From NCBI GenBank assembly GCA_013214275.1, contig JABSPP010000005.1, positions 1 through 36,151 on the forward strand: DNA of 36,151 nucleotides, written 5' to 3'. This DNA is from Flavobacteriaceae bacterium. GTDB taxonomy: Bacteria; Bacteroidota; Bacteroidia; Flavobacteriales; Flavobacteriaceae. Position 1 is the first letter of the stretch. The number at the start of each line of letters is the position of its first letter. Both the position numbers and the translations under genes were made by a program. This document shows positions 8,598 through 19,128 of the stretch, in pieces. The notes under the pieces are model-generated. The model was not told where the DNA came from, did no database searches, and saw nothing but the letters and a program-made list of their open reading frames with translations.

Positions 8598-8626
8598 AGG
8601 AAGTTCTTTTTAAAGAGCCTCCTTTT
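8598..8626. terminator. Imperfect hairpin downstream of nrdA, possible terminator
   Basis: AGGAAGTTCTTT/AAAGAGCCTCCT stem with one mismatch, about 25-50 nt past the nrdA stop. Confidence 0.4.
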
Positions 8627-8650
8627 CCGAACTCAAGAAAAATATTCTTG

Positions 8651-11050
8651 TTAAGACCCACACATCAGGCAGTCGTCATCTGGGCCAGTATTTCGCGATG
8701 CTTGTACCATTGATTTAAATTCTTCTGGAGTCATTGGTGCCTCATTTTCTACTTTTTTGTCTTTGTTTTCTTTGGTTAATGTAAACTGAATTGCGTTGAC
8801 GGCCGATTTTGTTCTAAGGTAGTACATTCCTGTTTTTAGTCCCGACTTCCACGCATAAAAATGCATGGATGTTAATTTACCAAAGTCTGGATCTTGCATA
8901 AACAGGTTTAACGATTGAGACTGATCGATAAAATATCCTCTGTGGCGCGCCATGTCTATAATATCTTTCATACTCATTTCCCAAACGGTCTTGTACAGGT
9001 CTTTGAGTTCTTGTGGGATTTTATCAATGTGTTGAATTGACCCGTTTGCACGCATGATCTCTTCTTTCATATCGTTATCCCACAGATTGAGTTCTACGAG
9101 GTCTTCTAACAAATGCTTGTTCACTACGATAAATTCTCCAGAGAGCACGCGTCTGGTGTAGATATTGGAGGTGTAGGGTTCAAATGCTTCGTTGTTTCCA
9201 AGAATCTGAGATGTGGATGCCGTTGGCATTGGTGCGACTAGTAGTGAGTTTCTTACTCCGTTCTTTAATACATTTTTTCGCAGTTTTTTCCAGTCCCAGT
9301 TTCCGCTTAGCTCTTCTTCTTTGATTCCCCACATATTAAATTGGAATTCGCCTTCTGACATGGGAGACCCTTTGTAGGTTGAATAGGGTTCTTTTGCTTT
9401 TGCCATTTCCATAGAGGACTGTACAGCAGCAAAGTATAGGGTTTCAAAAATATCTTGGTTGAGTTTTTTAGCGGCGTCCGATGTAAATGGCAATCGGAGC
9501 ATGATAAATGCGTCTGCCAATCCTTGTACTCCTAGTCCAACGGGTCTGTGACGGAAATTTGAATTTTCTGCTTCTGGAACGGGGTAGTAATTCCGATCTA
9601 TGACAGTATCTAAATTTCTGATGACTTTTTTGGTTACATCATAGAGTTTTTTATGGTTGAAGAATTTTTCTCCGTTTGCTCGTTCTCCGACAAACATGGG
9701 GAGTGCAATTGATGCAAGGTTGCATACTGCAACTTCATCTTTTGCCGTGAACTCCATAATTTCTGTACACAAATTAGAGGAACGGATGGTTCCTAAATTT
9801 TTGTGATTTGACTTGCGATTGACATGGTCTTTATACAGCATATATGGTGTTCCTGTCTCTATTTGGGATTCTAGGATTTTCTCCCAAAGTTCTCTTGCTT
9901 TGATGGTTTTTCTTCCTTTTCCTACTTTTTCATACCCTTCGTATAGCTTCTCAAACTCATCTCCATAGGTGTCGTATAGGTGTGGGCATTCGTTTGGACA
10001 CATTAGCGTCCAGCTTCCGTCTTCTTGTACGCGTTTCATGAATAGGTCTGGCATCCACATGGCATAAAAGAGATCCCTAGCACGCATTTCTTCTTTTCCG
10101 TGGTTCTTTTTAAGGTCTAGAAAGTCAAAAATATCAGCATGCCAAGGCTCGATATATACGGCAAAGGATCCTTTTCGCTTTCCTCCTCCTTGATCTACGT
10201 ACCGCGCGGTGTCATTATACACTCTTAGCATGGGGACAATTCCGTTGGAGGTTCCGTTGGTACCGCGAATGTAAGACCCTGTAGCTCGTACGTTGTGAAT
10301 AGAGAGTCCTATTCCTCCTGCTGATTGAGAAATTTTGGCTGTTTGTTTTAAAGTATCATAAATTCCATCAATACTATCTTCTTGCATTTGCAGTAAAAAG
10401 CAAGACGACATTTGTGGTTTTGGAGTTCCAGCATTGAACAAGGTGGGTGTGGCATGGGTAAAGTATTTCTTACTCATAAGCTCGTACGTTGCTATGGCTT
10501 CGTCTATATCGTTTAGATGAATTCCTATAGAAACACGCATTAGCATGTGTTGTGGTCTTTCTACAATTTTTCCATTGAGTTTTAGCAGGTAGGAACGTTC
10601 TAGAGTTTTAAATCCAAAGAAGTCGTAATTAAAGTCTCTGCTGTAAATGATGGTAGAGTCTAATTTCTCTGCATTTTTTTGAATGATTTGATAGACTTCG
10701 TCAGAAAGTAGGGGTGCTTTTTTTCCTGTTCTAGGATTTACATATTCGTATAAATCAGTCATCGTTTCAGAGAACAGTTTCTTGGTATTTTTATGTAGGT
10801 TAGATACGGCAATTCTAGCTGCTAATTTTGCATAATCTGGGTGTGCTGTGGTCATGGTAGCAGCAATTTCTGCTGCTAGATTGTCTAATTCTGAAGTGGT
10901 AACACCATCATATAGTCCTTCAATAACACGCATTGCTACTTTTACAGGATCTACTATATTGTTGAGTCCATAACACATTTTTCTCACCCTTGCCGTGATT
11001 TTATCGAACATTACGGGCTCTTTCTTGCCGTCTCTTTTTACTACATACAT
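8651..11050 (-). CDS. nrdA: Ribonucleoside-diphosphate reductase class I, alpha subunit
   Basis: N-terminal ATP cone (VVKRDG), [37 protein letters not shown] and C-terminal CLMCGS. Confidence 0.98.
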   Translation of the reverse strand: MYVVKRDGKKEPVMFDKITARVRKMCYGLNNIVDPVKVAMRVIEGLYDGVTTSELDNLAAEIAATMTTAHPDYAKLAARIAVSNLHKNTKKLFSETMTDLYEYVNPRTGKKAPLLSDEVYQIIQKNAEKLDSTIIYSRDFNYDFFGFKTLERSYLLKLNGKIVERPQHMLMRVSIGIHLNDIDEAIATYELMSKKYFTHATPTLFNAGTPKPQMSSCFLLQMQEDSIDGIYDTLKQTAKISQSAGGIGLSIHNVRATGSYIRGTNGTSNGIVPMLRVYNDTARYVDQGGGKRKGSFAVYIEPWHADIFDFLDLKKNHGKEEMRARDLFYAMWMPDLFMKRVQEDGSWTLMCPNECPHLYDTYGDEFEKLYEGYEKVGKGRKTIKARELWEKILESQIETGTPYMLYKDHVNRKSNHKNLGTIRSSNLCTEIMEFTAKDEVAVCNLASIALPMFVGERANGEKFFNHKKLYDVTKKVIRNLDTVIDRNYYPVPEAENSNFRHRPVGLGVQGLADAFIMLRLPFTSDAAKKLNQDIFETLYFAAVQSSMEMAKAKEPYSTYKGSPMSEGEFQFNMWGIKEEELSGNWDWKKLRKNVLKNGVRNSLLVAPMPTASTSQILGNNEAFEPYTSNIYTRRVLSGEFIVVNKHLLEDLVELNLWDNDMKEEIMRANGSIQHIDKIPQELKDLYKTVWEMSMKDIIDMARHRGYFIDQSQSLNLFMQDPDFGKLTSMHFYAWKSGLKTGMYYLRTKSAVNAIQFTLTKENKDKKVENEAPMTPEEFKSMVQASRNTGPDDDCLMCGS

Positions 11051-11162
11051 GCTGCTACTGGTTTTATGATTGGTTAGTTTATCGTACGAGACGATGGTTG
11101 TACTGATTGATTTTTAATGGTATCCTAGGAATCCTAGGTAGGTTATTTTTTAGAACTGTGTT

Positions 11163-12155
11163 CTAAAAATCTGCGTCAAAACTGATGCTTCCTGTTCCTC
11201 CAGATTTTACCCCAGCTTTTTGGTACTCTGATACTCTTTTTTCGAAGAAATTGGTTTTTCCTTCTAGGGAGATCATTTCCATAAAGTCAAATGGATTGGT
11301 TGCGTTGTATTCTTTTTCACAACCAAATTCCATTAATAGTCTGTCTGTAACAAATTCTAGATATTGTGTCATTAGCTTGGCATTCATTCCTATTAAGCTT
11401 ACAGGCAGTGATTCTGTGATAAACTCGCGCTCAATATCTAATGCACTAATGATAATTTCCCTGATTCTATTTTTGGGTACTTTATTTACCAAGTGATTGT
11501 TGTGAAGGTGAACTGCAAAATCGCAGTGCATTCCTTCATCTCTTGAAATTAGTTCATTGGAAAATGTTAGCCCAGGCAGTAATCCTCTTTTTTTCAGCCA
11601 GAAGATTGAACAGAATGCTCCAGAAAAGAAAATTCCTTCTACTGCCCCAAAGGCAATTAAGCGTTCTGCAAAAGAATCAGATTCGATCCATTTTAGAGCC
11701 CAGTCAGCTTTTTTCTTAATGGCAGGGAAGTTTTCTATGGCATTGAATAGGATGTCTTTTTCTGCTTCATCTTTTACGTAAGTATCTATAAGCAGAGAAT
11801 AGGTTTCGGAGTGGATATTTTCCATCATAATCTGGAACCCGTAGAAAAATTTTGCTTCAGAATATTGAACTTCGTTTACAAAGTTTTCTGCTAAATTTTC
11901 GTTTACAATCCCATCAGATGCTGCGAAGAATGCCAAGATATGCTTTATAAAATATCGTTCGTCGTTTGATAGGCGAGTTTCCCAGTCAGTTAAATCTTGG
12001 TGTAAATCAATTTCCTCGGCAGTCCAAAAACAAGCTTGTTGTTTTTTATACCATTCCCATAAATCGTTGTGTTGGATGGGAAAGATTACAAATCTGTTAT
12101 CATTCGGCTGTAAAATCGGCTCAATTGCGATCGTTTTTGTTTCTATTGCAGACAT
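11163..12155 (-). CDS. nrdB: Ribonucleoside-diphosphate reductase beta subunit
   Basis: [42 protein letters not shown] and KTNFFEKRV motifs. Confidence 0.98.
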   Translation of the reverse strand: MSAIETKTIAIEPILQPNDNRFVIFPIQHNDLWEWYKKQQACFWTAEEIDLHQDLTDWETRLSNDERYFIKHILAFFAASDGIVNENLAENFVNEVQYSEAKFFYGFQIMMENIHSETYSLLIDTYVKDEAEKDILFNAIENFPAIKKKADWALKWIESDSFAERLIAFGAVEGIFFSGAFCSIFWLKKRGLLPGLTFSNELISRDEGMHCDFAVHLHNNHLVNKVPKNRIREIIISALDIEREFITESLPVSLIGMNAKLMTQYLEFVTDRLLMEFGCEKEYNATNPFDFMEMISLEGKTNFFEKRVSEYQKAGVKSGGTGSISFDADF

Positions 12156-12561
12156 TTTTGTATGAATTATTATTGATTAAGGAAATCACCGTGTTAAAAT
12201 CGGTGCTAACAAAGATTGGAAAATTTGGGACAAATAAAAAGCGGTACTTATTCACAAAAACCGCTAAGTTTTTAACAAAAACCAATTTTGTTAAGAATCT
12301 CATTGCTTCAGAGAATTTTTTTAATAATATGATTATCAATATTTTATACTGTTAATTTTTTGTTAAGCCCCGTGTTTGCTGACTTTCTTAAAAATGCTTT
12401 TTTTAACTGTAATTTGTTGTTGCATATACCGTGCAAATTCGCCTAAATTATTACTGTCTTTTAAGGTGAATAGTGTCTTTGAAATAAAAAATGAATAAAG
12501 ATCGTCCAGTCCCATTAATAAGGATTACCTTCGTATTTTATTAATTTATATTATTTTACAA

Positions 12562-12753
12562 GTGAAAAACGGAACAGTAAAGTTCTTCAATGAGTCTAAA
12601 GGATTTGGGTTTGTTATCGAAGATGGTTCAAAACAAGAACACTTTGTACACATCTCTGGAATTATCGACGAGATAAGAGAAGGTGATACAGTAGAGTTTG
12701 AACTCGAAAAGGGTAGAAAAGGATTAAACGCAGTAAATGTTAGGGTCATTTAA
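12562..12753 (+). CDS. Cold-shock domain protein
   Basis: [15 protein letters not shown] (RNP1) and FVHISG (RNP2); GTG start. Confidence 0.95.
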   Translation: MKNGTVKFFNESKGFGFVIEDGSKQEHFVHISGIIDEIREGDTVEFELEKGRKGLNAVNVRVI

Positions 12754-12778
12754 TATCTTACACCATTACTTTTTTACA

Positions 12779-12808
12779 AAAAACCAGTGATGTATTTCAC
12801 TGGTTTTT
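12779..12808. terminator. Rho-independent terminator after the cold-shock gene (probably bidirectional)
   Basis: AAAAACCAGTGA-tgtatt-TCACTGGTTTTT perfect stem with T-runs. Confidence 0.85.
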
Positions 12809-12908
12809 GGTTTTTTGGAACACCTTTATCATCCTAATCTGTGATGTCATAAGATGACTTTATGGGGTTTGTTTTAAAGTTTATCCTTGATATTTGACGA
12901 CAGATTTT

Positions 12909-13472
12909 TTAGAGCTTTTCGGCAATTTTTTCTAATTCTGCATACCAATCTTCTCCAAATTTCCTTACAAGTGCATCTTTGGTAAACTTATACACTGGGA
13001 CATGTAATTCTTTTCCAAGGTTGCAGGCATCGTTACAAATGTCCCACTTATGGTAATTGACTGCTGCAAACTCGCTATAATCTTTAACGCGAATGGGGTA
13101 TAAATGACAAGAAATAGGTTTTTTCCAATCAATATATCCTCGATTGTACGCCTCTTCTATGCCACATTTTGCAATGTGGTTTTCATCAAAAACGAGATAG
13201 GCACATTCCTTATAATTCACCAGAGGTGTTTCTAGTTCTTCAAAGTCACTGACAACAGAGGTTCCCTGTTCTTCTATTGCGGCGATTCCCTCCTTTCGTA
13301 ACAGCGGTTTTACCTTGGGATAAATTGCTTTTAATATCTCTACTTCCTCTTTCTCTAAAGGAGCACCTGCCTCGCCGGCAATGCAACACGCACCTTTGCA
13401 TCTAGAAAGATTACAGACAAATTCTCTTTCTAGAATCTCTTCAGAGACAATGGTTTTTCCTAGTTGAAACAT
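12909..13472 (-). CDS. DUF3109 family cysteine-rich protein
   Basis: FVCNLSRCKGACC...GAPL, KPISCHLYPIR and WDIC..AC pattern typical of this Bacteroidota family. Confidence 0.85.
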   Translation of the reverse strand: MFQLGKTIVSEEILEREFVCNLSRCKGACCIAGEAGAPLEKEEVEILKAIYPKVKPLLRKEGIAAIEEQGTSVVSDFEELETPLVNYKECAYLVFDENHIAKCGIEEAYNRGYIDWKKPISCHLYPIRVKDYSEFAAVNYHKWDICNDACNLGKELHVPVYKFTKDALVRKFGEDWYAELEKIAEKL

Positions 13473-13531
13473 GTGATAAAAATATACTTATTTTTCACTA
13501 CTTTTTTGGATTGTAGATGAACAATCTTAAC

Positions 13532-13539
13532 TAATTTTG
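13532..13539 (+). promoter_or_regulatory. -7 promoter box (TAATTTTG) for the MarC gene
   Basis: Exact TAnnTTTG 19 nt upstream of the ATG at 13559. Confidence 0.55.
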
Positions 13540-13558
13540 TAAAATAAAAAAGTAAACA

Positions 13559-14137
13559 ATGACTGTAGATTTTATTCAAGTCTTTACGGCGTTTATGGTT
13601 CTTTTCGCTGTTATAGATATCGTTGGAAATATTCCAATTATCATCGATTTACGTAAAAAAGTAGGACATATTCAATCAGAGAAAGCTTCTGTAATTGGAG
13701 GGGGTATTATGATCCTTTTCTTATTCTTAGGTCAAAGTCTTTTATCTCTTATTGGGATTGATGTTAATTCTTTTGCCGTAGCAGGGTCTTTTATCTTGTT
13801 TTTTATTGCTCTGGAGATGATTCTTGGGATTACTCTATATAAGGAGGAGGACGAAAATACAATTACAGCAACTGTCTTTCCTCTGGCATTTCCTTTGATT
13901 GCTGGTCCTGGTAGCTTAACCACCTTATTGTCTTTAAGAGCAGAATTTGATCTTCAAAATATTATTATTGCGATCTTTTTAAATGTGATTTTTATATATG
14001 TTGTCTTAAAAACTTCTACTAAAATTGAACGATTCATTGGTCCGAATGGGATTAAAATTATTCGTAAGGTTTTTGGTGTCATTCTACTGGCGATTGCTGT
14101 CAAGCTTTTTGCTCACAATATTAAAGCCCTGTTCTAA
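13559..14137 (+). CDS. MarC family membrane protein
   Basis: About 6 hydrophobic segments; LFAVIDIVGNIP and FPLAFPLIAGPG motifs. Confidence 0.92.
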   Translation: MTVDFIQVFTAFMVLFAVIDIVGNIPIIIDLRKKVGHIQSEKASVIGGGIMILFLFLGQSLLSLIGIDVNSFAVAGSFILFFIALEMILGITLYKEEDENTITATVFPLAFPLIAGPGSLTTLLSLRAEFDLQNIIIAIFLNVIFIYVVLKTSTKIERFIGPNGIKIIRKVFGVILLAIAVKLFAHNIKALF

Positions 14138-14742
14138 TGATTTTTGATACATTAATTATCGGTGGTGGTGTTTCGGGAATGCAGTGTGCTCTGGTTCTTG
14201 GATCCGGAATGAAAAAGCCTTTTGCGTCTGATAAGAACGTAGGGATTATTATACATCAACGATCATCACACTTACAAAATGCTTTATTTAACAACGTTTT
14301 AGGGCTTCCTTCTGGGACTCTGGGTGCTGATATTTTAGCTTCTGGGAAAAGGCAGATTGCTGAGAATTACCCCGAAATTTTACAACTCGAAAAGGAAAAA
14401 GTTACTGCTATTGCCAGAGATTCTGACCTCTACAAGGTCACAACAAATAAATGTGAGTACCACACTAAAATTGTTGTTTTAGCATTGAACTATGCAAATC
14501 CTTTCACTATTCAAGGATTGGCATCTTTTTTAGAGCCTCACAAAAGGGCAAATGCTTCTAAAAATCGCATCCAGCTAAAGCATCAAGATTATTTGGTTAA
14601 AGAGGGTTTGTATGTGTGTGGAACGTTGGCAGGTGTAAGAAGTCAGTATGCGATTGCAGCAGGTAGTGGCGCTAGTGTGGCAACTGATATTTTAACACTT
14701 TGGAACAATGGTGTACATACAAAAATTCACGATAAGCTATAA
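14137..14742 (+). CDS. FAD-dependent oxidoreductase (short thioredoxin-reductase-like)
   Basis: DTLIIGGGVSG and GLYVCG...SQYAIAAGSG. TAATG stop/start overlap with the MarC gene. Confidence 0.8.
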   Translation: MIFDTLIIGGGVSGMQCALVLGSGMKKPFASDKNVGIIIHQRSSHLQNALFNNVLGLPSGTLGADILASGKRQIAENYPEILQLEKEKVTAIARDSDLYKVTTNKCEYHTKIVVLALNYANPFTIQGLASFLEPHKRANASKNRIQLKHQDYLVKEGLYVCGTLAGVRSQYAIAAGSGASVATDILTLWNNGVHTKIHDKL

Positions 14743-14774
14743 CTCGTAGTTGTTGTAGTGTTGGTAATTTTTGG

Positions 14775-16631
14775 TTACTCCACGGTGACAGACTTAGCTA
14801 AGTTTCTGGGCTGATCTACATTTTTTTCTAACATCACAGCAATGTGATACGAGAGTAATTGTAGTGGTATGGTGGTCAATAACGGGGTTAGTGCTTCTTC
14901 TGTCTCAGGAATTTCAATAACGTGATCTGCGATCTCTTTTACAGTGGTATCTCCTTCTGTTACAATAGCAATAATCTTCCCATTTCGTGACTTAATTTCT
15001 TGGATATTGCTTACCACCTTTTCATAATGTCCTTTGTTGGTTGCAATGACAAAGACAGGCATGTTTTCATCAATTAAAGCAATTGGACCGTGTTTCATTT
15101 CTGCTGCGGGATATCCTTCTGCATGGATGTAAGAAATTTCTTTGAGTTTAAGAGCTCCTTCTAATGCAACGGGGAAGTTAAATCCTCTTCCTAGGTAGAG
15201 GCAGTTGCTGGCTTCTTTGTATACGGAAGCGATGTGTTTCACTGTATCGTCTATTCTTAGCAATTTTTCTACTTTTTTCGGAATTAGCTGCATTTTTTGT
15301 AAGTACATGTGGAAAGCAGAATTTGAAAGGGTTCCTTTTGATTGCGCTAGCTTTAATGCAATTAAGGATAGTATGGTTATCTGAGTGGTAAATGCTTTTG
15401 TAGATGCTACTCCGATCTCTGGTCCTGCGTGAGTGTAAGCACCTGCATGTGTTTCTCGTGCAATTGAAGATCCCACAACATTACATATTCCAAAGACAAA
15501 TGCTCCTTTTGACTTTGCTAACTTAATGGCTGCTAGAGTGTCTGCTGTTTCTCCTGATTGAGAAATGGCAATTACAACATCGTTTGTGGTGATGATTGGG
15601 TTTCTGTACCGAAACTCTGAGGCATATTCTACTTCTACAGGTATCCTAGAGAGGTCTTCAAAAAGATATTCTCCAACTAATGCTGCATGCCAAGAGGTTC
15701 CACATGCCACTACAATAATGCGATCGGCACGCATAAATTTTCCTAAATTGTCATCTATACCAGCCATTTTGATAATCCCTTCATCGGCTAGCATTCTCCC
15801 CCTGTAGGTATCTGTAATGGCCTTGGGCTGCTCGTAGATCTCCTTGAGCATAAAGTGATCGTATCCTCCTTTTTCTATTTGTTCCAAACTCAGCTGTAAC
15901 TCTTGAATATTAGCATCAACAATAGAATCGTCATAAATTTTACGAACCCCTACTGCTTTACCTAGTTTGATAATGGCCAACTCTTCGTCTTCAAGATAGA
16001 TGGCATCTTTGGTATATTCTATAAATGGAGATGCATCTGAGGCTACAAAAAACTCTTTTAAGCCTTCCCCAATTCCAATAGCAATGGGGCTCCCTAGTTT
16101 TGCAACAATAATTTCATTTGGTTTTGACTTATCAAAAACAGCAATGGCATAGGCTCCTATTACTTGTGTTAGTGCTAATTGAACTGCCTTCCCTAGCTTA
16201 CACCCTTCTTGTTTTTTTACTTCTTCGATTAGGTTAATTAATACTTCTGTATCTGTATCGCTTTTAAAAGTGTATCCTCTAGAGGTTAGTTCTTTTTTTA
16301 GGGTGTCATAATTTTCTATGATTCCATTGTGAACAATAACTAACTCACCTGATTGAGAGAAGTGGGGGTGCGAATTGACGTCATTTGGTACTCCGTGGGT
16401 TGCCCATCTTGTGTGACCTATTCCGATCTTACCTTCTTTTCCAGAGGGACTTTGATCAACAATCCCTTCGAGATCTAATACTTTTCCTTTGGTTTTCGTT
16501 AGGGCTATTTGGTTGTTGTTAAATAGCATTAGACCAGCACTGTCATATCCTCTATATTCGAGTCTTTTTAATCCGTTAATGACTATGGGGTAAGCATCTC
16601 TATATCCAATATAACCTGTTATTCCGCACAT
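14775..16631 (-). CDS. glmS: Glutamine--fructose-6-phosphate transaminase
   Basis: MCGI start, LEYRGYDSAG, GHTRWATHG, SQSGETADT and PRNLAKSVTVE end. Confidence 0.98.
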   Translation of the reverse strand: MCGITGYIGYRDAYPIVINGLKRLEYRGYDSAGLMLFNNNQIALTKTKGKVLDLEGIVDQSPSGKEGKIGIGHTRWATHGVPNDVNSHPHFSQSGELVIVHNGIIENYDTLKKELTSRGYTFKSDTDTEVLINLIEEVKKQEGCKLGKAVQLALTQVIGAYAIAVFDKSKPNEIIVAKLGSPIAIGIGEGLKEFFVASDASPFIEYTKDAIYLEDEELAIIKLGKAVGVRKIYDDSIVDANIQELQLSLEQIEKGGYDHFMLKEIYEQPKAITDTYRGRMLADEGIIKMAGIDDNLGKFMRADRIIVVACGTSWHAALVGEYLFEDLSRIPVEVEYASEFRYRNPIITTNDVVIAISQSGETADTLAAIKLAKSKGAFVFGICNVVGSSIARETHAGAYTHAGPEIGVASTKAFTTQITILSLIALKLAQSKGTLSNSAFHMYLQKMQLIPKKVEKLLRIDDTVKHIASVYKEASNCLYLGRGFNFPVALEGALKLKEISYIHAEGYPAAEMKHGPIALIDENMPVFVIATNKGHYEKVVSNIQEIKSRNGKIIAIVTEGDTTVKEIADHVIEIPETEEALTPLLTTIPLQLLSYHIAVMLEKNVDQPRNLAKSVTVE

Positions 16632-16646
16632 AAGTTTTAATGTTGG

Positions 16647-18209
16647 TTAGTCTTCTTCTAACGTTTTAATTGAATATGATATTGTTAGTGTTGGTCTTCG
16701 ATCTCCATGGGTGGGGTCGTTATTTAACAGCATCACTGTCTTGGGATTCCAACTGTAGTTCCTTACAATTGTATCTGACGGGTTGGTGGGCACTGGCACA
16801 TCTGTTGGGCTAAAGACTTTAACTCCAAGTGGTTGTAAATCTTGTAAATTTCCAGAGATTAGCTCAGAAATATAGTCTGTAATTTTAAATGTATAGTTGT
16901 CTGGATTTCCATCACTGTCTTTATTCAAAAACCCATCCATTGCTCCAACACCTTCTGTCACAGCATCTATCAATTGTGATTGCACCGTTAGGCCATCTTT
17001 GAATGCAAATAACCTAAAGGGTGTGTTAATTGTATCTGAACCCACCGTTGCTTTATCAACGTAAAGCGTTAATGTTGCATCATTAACTAGCCAGTCTTGT
17101 GATCTTAGGTTATCTAATTGATCGCTTGAAAGAATTTCTACCTGAGCCATACTTCCTGCTGTTCCTTGGATTGGAATCTTACCTGAAGGAGGTGTTGGTC
17201 CCGGGGACATTTTATACTCACTGTTTCTAATTCCAGAAAGTAAAAAGCTATCTGTTTTCTTAATTGTATCGATAATAACAGTCCCACTGTTTCTGTACAC
17301 AGTATTGGTGTAATAGATATCAACCATAGGTTGGAATGTGGTGTTTGTAAAACTCAACGACACCATGGAGCCTGCATTTCCCCTGGCTTGAATTTTAAGA
17401 CCCCTAAAATAGTTATTAAATGCGTCTTGGGAGGTAAAGTCGTCACTCTCATACTGATCTAGAAAAAGTTCTTTTATCCTAGATTTTTTTAGTGGGATGT
17501 TAATGTAGGGGTTTGAATTTGTGTATTGGATAGTGTCAGTTCCATAGATGTCACCAGAGTTTAATCTCCTTAGAACATATTGGGCAGTATCTCTTCTATT
17601 TGGGAAGAATTCAAAGTCTTCAAAATGGTTGAGTTTTTCACTGTCTATTTCATAGGATTGGTCGGAATAAAATTCATTACCGACCGCGGGATTTGTTGGG
17701 TTCAGGGAATGAAGGTACGTCTGAAGTCTAAATACGTTTAAGGTAAATGACTGGCTCTGGTCTCCTATGATTGAATCGAGTTGGAAATCTGGTCCAATGG
17801 CGTCTGTTCCATTAAGAGTTGCTTGGTATGGTAGCTTTAGAAATACGGTATCTATTGTAGTGACAACGGTGGTATCTGATAGGTATTCGTTGTCCACAAG
17901 TCTCAGATTTGTAGGTATTTGTAATTGTGAGATAATGGAGGCTTCTATTTTTTTGTAGTTTGCATTGTTGTAAACACCTAATAAATATTGGCCTAAAGAT
18001 CCCCCAATCGCTAACCCGTCTGCTCTTACAGTTTCAATATTCTTTGCTGTAACAATTACTTCTAGGACAGTATCTCCAGTTGAAAATTCATTATTACTGA
18101 CAATGGTCGTACCAATGTCTGTAAAGTCTTCTTCACATGAGATCACAAGGTTTGCTAAGAGGGTAAAACAACCCACATAAAGCAATGATTTTGCCATTTT
18201 TTTTATCAT
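16647..18209 (-). CDS. DUF4270 family lipoprotein
   Basis: Lipobox VISC followed by acidic EED; beta-rich composition; position between the glycogen-synthase-like gene and glmS as is usual in Bacteroidota. Confidence 0.8.
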   Translation of the reverse strand: MIKKMAKSLLYVGCFTLLANLVISCEEDFTDIGTTIVSNNEFSTGDTVLEVIVTAKNIETVRADGLAIGGSLGQYLLGVYNNANYKKIEASIISQLQIPTNLRLVDNEYLSDTTVVTTIDTVFLKLPYQATLNGTDAIGPDFQLDSIIGDQSQSFTLNVFRLQTYLHSLNPTNPAVGNEFYSDQSYEIDSEKLNHFEDFEFFPNRRDTAQYVLRRLNSGDIYGTDTIQYTNSNPYINIPLKKSRIKELFLDQYESDDFTSQDAFNNYFRGLKIQARGNAGSMVSLSFTNTTFQPMVDIYYTNTVYRNSGTVIIDTIKKTDSFLLSGIRNSEYKMSPGPTPPSGKIPIQGTAGSMAQVEILSSDQLDNLRSQDWLVNDATLTLYVDKATVGSDTINTPFRLFAFKDGLTVQSQLIDAVTEGVGAMDGFLNKDSDGNPDNYTFKITDYISELISGNLQDLQPLGVKVFSPTDVPVPTNPSDTIVRNYSWNPKTVMLLNNDPTHGDRRPTLTISYSIKTLEED

Positions 18210-18223
18210 AACTACTTTGTCAA

Positions 18224-19033
18224 TTATTCCTGGGATATGAGTTCTTTGTAAAAGTTTAAATAGGGGTCAAAGGAGTCCTCATGTTGAAATGAAAGTTGGT
18301 GTGTTGAACTGCCACTGATGTAATCTTGCAGTTCTTCTGGAAGTGAATCGCTTCCTTGTACTATTGCATCAGAATTATCAATAGCACATTTGATAATATT
18401 TGGATAGCTTGGGGTTTCTAGGCTACTGATAATTGACTCGTCTAATTTATCAAATTTTAACTTGTCTAAAAGTTCTTTGTTTAGAGCACCTTCAAAACCA
18501 TTGTCATAGACTGAGGTTACAATTTTACTTTCTGCAAATAATGGTTCTTCGCCATAATATTCTTTTAGGTATAGCGGTAATAATGACGCCATCCAACCAT
18601 GAACATGAATTATGTCTGGAGCCCAGTTTAACTTCTTTACTGTTTCTATAACGCCTTTTGCAAAAAAGATCGCTCTCTCGTCATTATCGGAGAATAATTG
18701 GTCATCTTCATCAGTAAATACTGCTTTTCTTTTAAAATATTCGTCGTTGTCTATGAAGTACACTTGCATTCTCTCTTTAGGAATAGAAGCTACTTTAATA
18801 ATTAGCGGCATGTCCATGTCATTAATTATTAAATTCATCCCAGACAAACGAATGACTTCGTGTAATTGATGTCTTCTCTCGTTGATTACCCCAAAACGCG
18901 GCATAAATATTCTTGTCTGTATTCCGTTTCCGTGTGCTTTTTTTGCAACGTTAAATGCTGTAGATGCAATTTCAGTTTCTGGTAGGTAGGGGACAACTTC
19001 TGACGAAACATATAATATTCTCTTATCTTTCAT
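18224..19033 (-). CDS. Glycogen/starch synthase N-terminal-domain protein (GT5-like)
   Basis: RILYVSSEVVPY, IFMPRFG, DNDERAIFF and PDIIHVHGW; only 269 aa. Confidence 0.88.
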   Translation of the reverse strand: MKDKRILYVSSEVVPYLPETEIASTAFNVAKKAHGNGIQTRIFMPRFGVINERRHQLHEVIRLSGMNLIINDMDMPLIIKVASIPKERMQVYFIDNDEYFKRKAVFTDEDDQLFSDNDERAIFFAKGVIETVKKLNWAPDIIHVHGWMASLLPLYLKEYYGEEPLFAESKIVTSVYDNGFEGALNKELLDKLKFDKLDESIISSLETPSYPNIIKCAIDNSDAIVQGSDSLPEELQDYISGSSTHQLSFQHEDSFDPYLNFYKELISQE

Positions 19034-19058
19034 TAAATCTATGCCTTTGATATGGCTG

Positions 19059-19106
19059 CAAAACTACGAATTATTATGCAAAATCCATGTTAAAATGCTA
19101 AGTTTG
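19059..19106. promoter_or_regulatory. Divergent -7 promoter boxes for the GT5-DUF4270-glmS operon and panC
   Basis: TAGTTTTG on the minus strand (19059-19066) and TAAGTTTG on the plus strand (19099-19106). Confidence 0.65.
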
Positions 19107-19128
19107 CACAGATTCACAGGAACTACAC

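Noticed and set aside
8411-8599. 62-aa plus-strand ORF as a peptide toxin or antitoxin
   Set aside because: TTG start, low-complexity AT-derived composition, and it runs through the hairpin cluster. Not supportable as a CDS, though not formally excluded.
11122-11138. ATCCTAGG tandem/palindrome between nrdB and nrdA as a regulator box
   Set aside because: It does not resemble the NrdR box and is a single short instance.
16632-16646. glmS ribozyme
   Set aside because: Only 15 nt separate glmS from the upstream gene, so there is no room.
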